Part shown: positions 54,372 to 64,000 of the stretch, in pieces
How the letters are laid out: every line of letters starts with the position of its first letter
Numbering within the stretch: position 1 is the stretch's first letter
Assembly: GCF_006345805.1 (NCBI RefSeq)
Contig: NC_043006.1
Span: 94,860,001 to 94,924,000, forward strand
Direction: 5' to 3'
DNA: 64,000 nucleotides
Origin: Octopus sinensis
Lineage: Eukaryota
Translations under genes and position numbers: made by a program
Notes under the pieces: model-generated
The model's database searches: none
What the model was told of the DNA's origin: nothing
The model's input: only the letters and a program-made list of their open reading frames with translations

Positions 54372-54399
54372 TAATAATAATATAATAATGATAATAATA

Positions 54400-54456
<57 letters not shown>

Positions 54457-54521
54457 TAATATAATAATAATATATAATAATATAATGATAAAATAATAAT
54501 AATAATAATGATAATAATAAT

Positions 54522-54564
<43 letters not shown>

Positions 54565-54570
54565 AATAAG
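54225..54570. repeat. (CCA)/(CAA)/(TAA)n microsatellite
   Basis: Visible directly. Confidence 0.95.
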
Positions 54571-55487
54571 TTCTGGAAATTTGAGGAGACTTGTGATTGA
54601 ATCTTTAGAGAACATCGCTGCTAACTTTAAGTTACAATGTCATAAACTGTATCAGCTCACACACAGACACCTCAGTGGACCCACGTCGGGTGAGGTCCTT
54701 TAGCTATTTAAGTGTTCATCCAGGAAATAATAACTCCGTACAGATCCGGCATCCTAGTAATTACTGGACTCGTTGTAATTATTATACCGGACCAAATAAA
54801 GGTTTTGAAGGACGAGAGTGGGACTTGCGCTGCACAAACAATTCCCGTTATTATATTTTTCGAGATGTTTACTCAATAATGCAATACATCGGGGATATAA
54901 CCATCACGCTTTCTTAACTAAGAATACTCCGATGTGTCTCATTGAAGCGTTATACATTCAAGCGATGAGAGAGTCCACCCAAACCATTATTTTCGATGTT
55001 ATTGGAAATAGCTCTTGGCATTAAACCCTAGGTTAATCTGGGTCAAGTAACCATGAATCTGTGAACATTCTAGTGGTCATCATTCAATCTTTTATGGGAA
55101 TGACACAATATCTAATGTGTTATTGCCCTGTTTATGATAACCTGGTTTGTGTGGAAATAAATTTGGTTACTACTTCTAGCAGCTGGAGCTATATTGGAGT
55201 TCCGTCTGTTATTGGTTCCTGATGTCAGTTGTTGTAATTTATTTTGGGCCTTCCATTTAGTCTTGGCATTGGCACAAGAACTGAAGAACGTTCAGCCATT
55301 ACAGCAGATTCTCTTAAGTTCAAATATTTGACTGCAATATGCTCTGACAAATATCAACGGTGATTTTAAAGTGATTTCGTAAAATAACGAAAACTAAAAC
55401 AGCAAAGACTTACTCAAACGAAAAAAATAGATGAAATAAAGATAAAAGGTTGGTCGAGGGGCGAAGGATGAGGTAGATATTGTGTTA

Positions 55488-56279
55488 GCGAGAGAGAATA
55501 GGAGAGAAAGAGAGAGAGAGAGAGTGGGAAATAGAAGGAGTAGGAGAGACAAAACGGGGGAAGTAGGAATGTGCGAAGCAGATCAAAGAGAAAAATGGAG
55601 AGAGCAATGGAGACAGTTGTTGGAAGTATGAGAAAAATAAAGCGAATGAGAGAAAGATAGGATAGTCAGATGAAGAGAGAGGGAGAGAGGGGGGGGAGAG
55701 ACAGAGAGAGAGTGAGATAGACAAACAGAAAGAGTGAGAGAATGAGGAAAAAAAGGGAGAGAGGGAAAGAGAGGAGTGCATCTGAGAAAGTGGTTGGAGA
55801 GAAAAGTGGAGAGGTTGAACATGTAAAGAGCGAATGCGACAAAGAGAGTGAGAGTGTGAGAGAGAGAATATGGATCGTGAGACAGGGATGAACATAAAAG
55901 AGGTGAAAAGACAGCAACCTACAGAGAGATGGAGGGAAGGTAGAGAGAATGGGAGAGAGAGAGGTAGAAAGAGAAAGCGAACCAAACATATTGAAATAAG
56001 AATGAGAGACAAAGAGGGAAGAGGTAGGGAATGTAGTAGAACGAGAAAGAGGGAGATAGAAAGAGAGGGTGATAGAGAGAGAGGGTTATATAGGGAGAGG
56101 GAGATAGAGAAAAGTGGGGAGAGAAAGAGGGGGAGATGGTGAGAGAAAGGGAAAAGATCGGAAATTCAGTAAAGAGAGAGAGGGAGATGTGACGGAAAAG
56201 AGCAAAAGAGAGAAAGGGAAGAGATAGGGAATACAGCAAGAGGGAGAGAGAGAGTGAGAGAGAGAGAGAGAGTGAGAGG

Positions 56280-56310
<31 letters not shown>

Positions 56311-56350
56311 GGAGAAAGAGAGAGGTGGTGGAGGTAAGAGTAAGAGGGAA
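55488..56350 (+). repeat. Purine-rich (GA) low-complexity tract
   Basis: ~860 bp strongly biased to A/G on the + strand. Confidence 0.9.
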
Positions 56351-56884
56351 TGTATTAAAATACAAAATGCATGCAAGAAAATTTCCGAGCAGAAAATAAA
56401 AGCATTTCTTATTTGCTTTCTATCAATACGTCAATCTGGTATTTTCTGCCCCAACTGACAAATACGTTGCCAAGGCAACAAACGACCTTAGTTATTTAAA
56501 GAACCCGCTTTAACCAACAACGACTCAGCCTCTATGTGGTCGAACGACCTGCTTGAAATAGCACTTAAATCAACAGCAAAGCTTTACTGTTTTCAGATAA
56601 AGGGAAAAAAAGCCAGTTATCCGATGATGTTTGATGTTGGTCTAGTTACCACAGTCAAAAAGAAAAAAAAGAAAAAAGTAAATAAAAAGAAAAAAGAAAG
56701 GAAAAGAAAAGGAAACTAGTGGTCTTGGCTGGCATGCCTCTGATCAAAGATGGACTATATAGGAAAGACCTGTGGCTAAAATAACATCAGCAAAACTGTG
56801 GCATCTGAAAGCTCGTAATTTGTATAGCAAACAGAACGTGCTTCCTCTATGGCGTGGTTACTTTCAGTATACATACATACATAC

Positions 56885-56915
<31 letters not shown>

Positions 56916-57089
56916 TTAAATATGGATTAGAAGCACCTCGAGATATAAAAATCAAAATCTAACACACATACACCAGTCTCCCTTTTTTTGGCGGATCGGC
57001 TGTGTTTTTTAGGCGTAAGAGAATATATTCTCAATGAGCCTGGTGTTAAAACACCTGAAAGTAATTCGTAAATATGTTTACAATCTATC

Positions 57090-57395
57090 AGTTCCGACGA
57101 CGAGGGTTCCGGTTGATCCTATCAACGGAAGAACCAGTTCGTGAAATTAACATTGAAGTGGCTGAACACTCCATACACACTTGTGCCCTTAGCGTAGTTC
57201 TTAGGGAGATTCAGCGTGACGCAGAGTGTGACGAGTCTAGCCCTTTTAAATACAGGTGTTACTCATTTTTGCCAGCTGAGTGGAGAGGTGCAACGTAAAA
57301 TGAAGCATCTTGCTCAAGGTCACGTCGAAATGCTGCGAGTCGAACTCAAGACCTTACGATCAAGAGCCGGATGCCCTAACCGCTAAGCCGCATGT
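57090..57395 (-). mobile_element. SINE family D (tRNA head)
   Basis: Minus strand GGCTTAGCGGTTAGGGC..GAGTTCGACTCG, then CCTTGAGCAAGATGCTT..CCACTCAGCTG; related fragment at ~59405-59500 (+). Confidence 0.7.
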
Positions 57396-57479
57396 GTATG
57401 TATGTCTCGTCTCTACTCATTTCTCCTTGGAGCAGGTTTCTAACGATTATGCTTTGCACCATCTTGGGAATCCATTTCT

Positions 57480-57720
57480 TTTTATTCTTTTATTTGTTTT
57501 AGTTATTGCTCCAGCATGACTGCGCCTTGCTGGGGCACCGCCTTTAATCGAGCATCTCCATCCCAAGACTTATTCTTTGTAAGTCTAGTAAGTATTCTTT
57601 CAGTCTCTTTTCCGGAAGCGCTAAGTGACGGGGACGTAAACACACCAACATTGATTGTCAAGCGATGTTGGGGGAACAGAGACACAAACAGACATATACA
57701 CACCACACACACACACACAC
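57480..57720 (-). mobile_element. SINE family A 3' half
   Basis: Reverse complement of the family A body and tail. Confidence 0.75.
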
Positions 57721-57721
57721 A

Positions 57722-57760
<39 letters not shown>

Positions 57761-57818
57761 CGTATGTATATATATATATGTATATATATATATACATACA
57801 TTTATATATATGTGTATG

Positions 57819-57865
<47 letters not shown>

Positions 57866-58380
57866 TGCGTTTGCAATACTCCTTTTCGTTCGGCGTCAAC
57901 AGCCCTTCTTATCTTGTTTTTCCCTGTCCTGTCTTTTACTGTTTATATTTTTGTACTGTCGTTACTGTCCTGTTTTTTTACCATTTTTTTACCATTTTTT
58001 ACCCCTCTGCGAAAAGATCTCAGAATTTTAATTGATTTGCTTTTCGCAGGAAGGAAAGTTTCTTGTCGAAGATATGTCTCGCTTTTATCCTTCGAAACGT
58101 AGAGTAGATGAAATCATAGCGACTGAAGAAGGGTTTTTTTCTTTGTGTTAATTGTCCTGTACTCCATTTTTTTATTGTTTTTAAAAAAATGTCCAGTTCC
58201 TTGGGTTTGTGTCTATGATTTCGTTTCTCTTCGTGTTCGACGTCCCTTTGGTGTCCTGTACTCATATATGCGTGTATATGTACGTGTAGAGGTAGGTACG
58301 TACATATATGTTTATATATATGCATATGTTTTATTTCATTTATTAATATATATATACACAACACACACACACACACACAC

Positions 58381-58430
<50 letters not shown>

Positions 58431-58479
58431 AAACAAGGTGGAAAAAAGAGTACTCAAATACCAGGGGTAGAGTAATATG

Positions 58480-58654
58480 CTTTATTTAAAAGCACCAGAA
58501 ATTCAACAAAACCTGTTACTTGGGGTTTCACGTTCCCGTTCGTCGGACAGTTTTGTTAAAAAGAAACAAAACAGTTAGCAAAACTGTCCGATGAACGGGA
58601 ACGTGAAACTCCGAGTAACAGGTTTTGCTGAATTTCTGCTGCTTTTAAATAAAG
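58480..58654. repeat. 80-bp-arm inverted repeat, hammerhead motif in each arm
   Basis: 58480-58559 versus 58575-58654. Confidence 0.9.
58577..58629 (+). ncRNA. Hammerhead-like motif with U4C core variant
   Basis: AGCAAAACTGT-CCGATGA-ACG(GGAA)CGT-GAAA-CTCCGAG-TA-ACAG-G-TTTTGCT. Confidence 0.7.
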
Positions 58655-58666
58655 TATATATATATG

Positions 58667-58711
<45 letters not shown>

Positions 58712-58726
58712 TACATTGCATACGTG

Positions 58727-58767
<41 letters not shown>

Positions 58768-59831
58768 ATAACTGTCCGTATGTTTGTGTTTGTATATGTG
58801 TGTTTGCTCGAGCATGCGCACTATGTATGATATTAAACTTCATCAGGTGTTGTGACTCCACATGGGAGTTCTGGATTTGTGGGGAGGGTTGATTCACTCC
58901 TTAACAAACCTGTAGGGAAGGCAGCTCTTCTAGGAGAATGATGTTCTGACATAAATCTTGCAGTCTAAACAATACCGGTAATCTCCCGATAATTGTCACT
59001 AGAACTTACTATGGTGTCCGAGTGAACAGTAAAAGTTTTGTATAAGCTTATGTAGCTTAAACCCAATGGCATACAGACGTTGCTCTATCGTTTGATTTCT
59101 TGGTCCGTTTTAACTTTAAAAAGTCCTAATGGCGACGGATGCGTAGCAAGGAAAGTCATATGTTCGCGCACATTCAATGGTGAAACTTTTTATCCAACAT
59201 TTATACGCTATCTTTTATTGGTTAATGAGCACCGAGACCCACTGTTACGAAGAAAGGATTAATAACCGTACTCTCAAACGCTGTAAGTTTTTATGGCGTC
59301 TATAGCACACCTTTGCCGCTGATTAGAATAAATGTTTAAAACGGATAGAAAATTTCGAAGGATAGGTATAGTTTAATGATACAAGCCTCATATGTTTATA
59401 ACTATGGGTTCGATGCGCGGACCGGGTGGCCCGTTGGGTCTCTGAGCAAAAGACTTTATTTCACGTTACTCTGCGATCACTTGGACATCTGATGTCGGAC
59501 AGTCAATGACGATTTGATGAAGAGGGTATGTGTACAGCACTTACATTTGGTCACTTTACATAAACCATATTTGCACGTCGTGCGGAAAGAACTGAACATA
59601 CGTTGTTTTTCACAATCTTTCTATGTCATTTATTGTTTCCCAGTGACATGTAAAGAGATTGTACCATTCCTCTGTCCGGCTCAGGTTAGTTTATATACTG
59701 ACAACATGTCAATTCAACACCTGTGTGGTTAAACGAATGACTGTATTCCAATGCAGGCAGCGCCGTACATAATTACCTCAAAATCTTGTGGAACCGAGAA
59801 GCAACTTGTAAAATATTTTCTGTATATTGTA

Positions 59832-60207
59832 CAGAGTGATTCAAAAGTCTCTATCCATACGAAAAAAATTTCTTTTTCTTTTTATAAGAGACAGTTTATG
59901 TAATCCCCTAGATCCTTTGATATGACTCCTCTTGATTTCTATCTAAGGGTGAATTTGAAAAGCATGGTGTATCGCAGAAAGATAAAAAACCTAAATCATT
60001 TGAAGGAATGCATCACCAACTCCTTTGCACACGTATTACCAGATGTGCTATTACGAGTTCACAATGAGTGGGGTAAACCTATTGCAATGTGTATTCAAAA
60101 CAAGGGTAACCATAAATAGAGCCTGTTAAATAAAAGAAAACTGTTCTTATAAATTCTTATAAAAAATATAAATTCTTCCTATGTATGGCGACTTTTGAAT
60201 CAGCCTG
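59832..60207 (+). mobile_element. Internally deleted Tc1/mariner-superfamily element (maT/rosa-like C-terminus)
   Basis: TIRs CAG..TGATTCAAAAGTC, TA flanks; PRSFDMTPLDFYL..LKSMVY..CIQNKGNH resembles PRSPDLTPLDFFLWG..CI...GGH. Confidence 0.82.
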
Positions 60208-60454
60208 TATATTATTTTATGAAGGTTGTTTTGACCGGCTGTTTCATTCTCAGAGATAGAAAGTCATAGCACCGACTACTTCTTCACTCGTGATATTCTC
60301 TTTGTGATAAAATATTCTAACTTTTCACTTGGATCAATCAAAGATGTACTTGTATTAAGTTATATGTTTCACTCTCTCGCTCCCCTTCATTCTCTCCCTC
60401 TCTCTTTTTCACACAAACGCACACATATATATACTTACAAACGTCTATCTATCA

Positions 60455-60516
<62 letters not shown>

Positions 60517-60529
60517 ATATATATATATG

Positions 60530-60568
<39 letters not shown>

Positions 60569-60617
60569 CTATGTGTGTGTATCACATCTATGTATATATA
60601 TATATATAATATATATA

Positions 60618-60663
<46 letters not shown>

Positions 60664-60862
60664 ACTAAGGGAAGTTGTAAGGTACCGCACGAGTAGAATT
60701 ATATATGAAAGAAGGTTTGAAAATGCAATTTTAAAGATGTTTATTTACTTGACCGGTTTCACTTTTTTAGAAAAAGAGTGTCAAAAGTAACATGTAAAAG
60801 CTTTGTTGTGTTAGGTATTGGTTGTCAGAAAATATTACAATACATATATACATTCTTTGATA

Positions 60863-60914
<52 letters not shown>

Positions 60915-61662
60915 ATTTGTGTGGTTGACCTTACAGCTCAGTGGCTGTTGCTCTGTGTTATCACATAATCTTCAGAGGTCACGTGATTACATCAATTTAT
61001 GAATATATCATCAATTATCTGCATAGTTATTCAGGGCATATGTTAAATGAATAAGTTTATCAATAATGCAATTAAAACATCGCTGAGCAGCAATTTAAAA
61101 ATTCAGTACACATGAAAACAATCATGATAACAGAAGTTATTATCGTACCATATATTTCTAAAATTAATTAGCATCTACTTTTATTTGACAAAACGGAAGT
61201 GAAAAAGAATTTAATGTTTATAAACACGTACTGCATGTTTTCGTATACATACAAGTCAACGAATTGCCTATAATGTGAACGTATACTGGGAGCACTCAAA
61301 CTTTGTCACTGTCTTTTCAAATCTCAATGCATTTCACATGAAAGTTTTGGTCCTCCAAAATCATTTTGGTGCATAATTCAACCGTTTTTGGCTTTAAATT
61401 ATGGTCTGAAAAATTTGAGTTGTATGCCGGAAAAATACAGCATTGTTTACCGTGATCACTGGGTTCGTTTGGCTTTTAGAAAGTGAACTAGAATCTTTAA
61501 AATGAAAGACAAAACTAAAATGCATACTTTGGAGATTTAGAAAGATGACAACTTTCAACTGACACTGCCTATTTAGTTAAGCTAGCCAAAATATAAATGT
61601 GGTTAAACAATTAGTAAGTTATTTCAATTTAATACTCTATGTTAAAAAGAAATAATTTGTAA

Positions 61663-61945
<283 letters not shown>

Positions 61946-62425
61946 CACACACCATCACACAACACACCACCATACCACCCCGCAACACATCACACTACCC
62001 CGCACACAATAGCACTGACTACTTTCCAGCACCTAAACCATCATCCACACATCTACACACGCACACGTCAAGGTCACCTTTCTGCACGCACACACACGCT
62101 CTCTCATACACACGCACGAACACCTTCATTATGGGATCACCACTACTTTATTATCTCCCCCTCTTCCAAGCATTCCTGTGTGACCCTTCTCTCCGGCACT
62201 CGCCATAATAGATTGTTAGTCACTAAACCGTTTCTATTTTCTGTCCCTGTTTATTTCTCTGTTCCTTTCTGTCGAACAGCGTAGGCTCGAAGAGTAAAAT
62301 ACTTTCTCACTTCCCGAGTGTTAAACTAATACAACTCTTTGTTGTTTACACCACCCGTCTTCGTCTTTTGTTTTCTTTTTTAAATTCTCACAATACATAC
62401 ATACATACATATAACACACACACAC

Positions 62426-62460
<35 letters not shown>

Positions 62461-62461
62461 G

Positions 62462-62523
<62 letters not shown>

Positions 62524-62534
62524 CATATATATAA

Positions 62535-62568
<34 letters not shown>

Positions 62569-63242
62569 AGAGAGAATTGTCATAAAAGAAAGCTTGCCAA
62601 TTCTGTTTAGAATTTAGATGATGTATATCTTTTATGCCTCAACTACATGTATTCAATTAACCTTAATACTACCACCATATCAGCATGGAGTTAACGTAGG
62701 GAAAAGATGCTGTATTTCACGTTCATATTGTTTGACTTTATCATACATTAAACTAGTATTTTCACACGCCCTGATAGTATAAAACCTTACTGACAAAGAA
62801 GACAATACTGGGATATTATTTGTATTAATTGATTATTGAATGAAAGGAAAAGCAAGATTTTGTTGGATTTTGTGCAATTTATTTGGGGGATGAATATTAT
62901 TATTTAAATAGAGATCTCATTTGAAAAGTTTAGCGATAAAATTGTTCTTTCAAAAGACAATGTGAAAATAGTTATAGTTTAAAATTTTGTTGCTTTTATT
63001 TAAAAGTATTTTAAATATTTAAACGGAAGAACGATATTATGAAAGAGATATAGTTAATGATAACGTCCCACTAAAAAGAGACAATAGCGCTTAATTTTCA
63101 TTTGCAAAAAGAAAGCAACGCTGCTTATGATTTAAAATTTAGTGTCAAAATATGGTGGGAATATCTGAAAGGAATAAATTTCTGACGAAGTATTCTTAAT
63201 ACAATTTTACGACTAATGCTTCATATTTCTCCCACACATACG

Positions 63243-63290
<48 letters not shown>

Positions 63291-63426
63291 CACACACACA
63301 CATACACACACACACACATACACACACACACACATTCTAATCTAAGAAGCCAGAAGTCAGGAAAAAACACGCACTCATAAATAGAGTGGTTGATTTTCCG
63401 AAAGGGTTTCTCACTCTACCAGAGAA

Positions 63427-63472
63427 GGGCCGGTATAAAAAGCATGATGATGGTTCTCTGCTGCAGGCATTC
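63427..63472 (+). promoter_or_regulatory. Candidate Pol II core promoter
   Basis: GGGCCGG-TATAAAAAG at 63434 with a CA dinucleotide at 63464-63465 (30-31 nt spacing) in non-repetitive sequence; motif only. Confidence 0.25.
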
Positions 63473-64000
63473 GGGACATTTTACATTTGGGTTTTGGGTA
63501 TTTTGAAAAACGGGAACAGAAGGGGATCCTTGTGCAGTTGTGCTCCCTACACAAGGATCGGTGTGTTTTCACACTGTAACGTGTAACAGCCTTTAGAGTG
63601 AGATAGAGGCTACGGTGCAAGCGGTATCGGATGGATGTGGGTTTAGATGTTATACATACATGCATAGTTACACTCTCTTTTTCACACAGGCACACACACA
63701 AAGAAAGCAGCATCTAGCACGTATAAATGGAACCTGGGCATTGACTTGTCCTCCTTTATTCCATTTATGACATATTTCCGTATTCTGAAAATGGACAAAG
63801 AAATGCCTTCTTTCCCAATTCTCTTTCCCAATTCTGTTTGCACACCGTGCTGGTCTTATAGGATGCATGTGTTGATTGCATCTTTAGTGTGCATGTATTG
63901 CAGAATACTGAAACATATGTAAGATATAGTAGAGGAATGGCAAGTCAAAAGCCGAGTTATTTTCTCTTTCCATTACGTCATAGCTTAACTTCGACTACGG

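Noticed and set aside
58090-58135. GAAACGTA and CTGAAGA hammerhead half-motifs (similar at ~17970-18015 and ~62270-62310)
   Set aside because: Halves are out of order or lack pairing stems; possibly decayed pLTRs.

Overview
A gene-poor, repeat-saturated, AT-rich animal genomic window. The SINE/LINE/microsatellite landscape suggests a cephalopod, probably Octopus (inference). No intact host protein-coding gene is recognisable, and most ORFs in the track are microsatellite translations. Decayed retroelements present: Tx1/L1-type LINE, two CR1/L2-group LINEs, RTE fragments, three R4/Dong copies abutting (TAA)n and two Penelope GIY-YIG remnants. Also present: a full-length and a truncated mariner, two Tc1/mariner MITE-like derivatives, Helitron-like elements, at least four tRNA-headed SINE families, a full-length U6 pseudogene fused to a SINE, and a ~1.3 kb tandem duplication. 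The most interesting signal is RNA-structural. (1) Many minimal Penelope-type hammerhead ribozyme motifs occur, three sets as outward-facing inverted pairs, with unusual core variants (G3:C8 swap, U4C). (2) A tRNA-headed SINE-like element appears to carry a hammerhead and is split by a nest of (TAA)n-targeting insertions. (3) Two SINE-LINE 3'-tail partnerships are visible directly, one with a compensatory stem change. All calls were made by eye and coordinates of decayed repeats are approximate.
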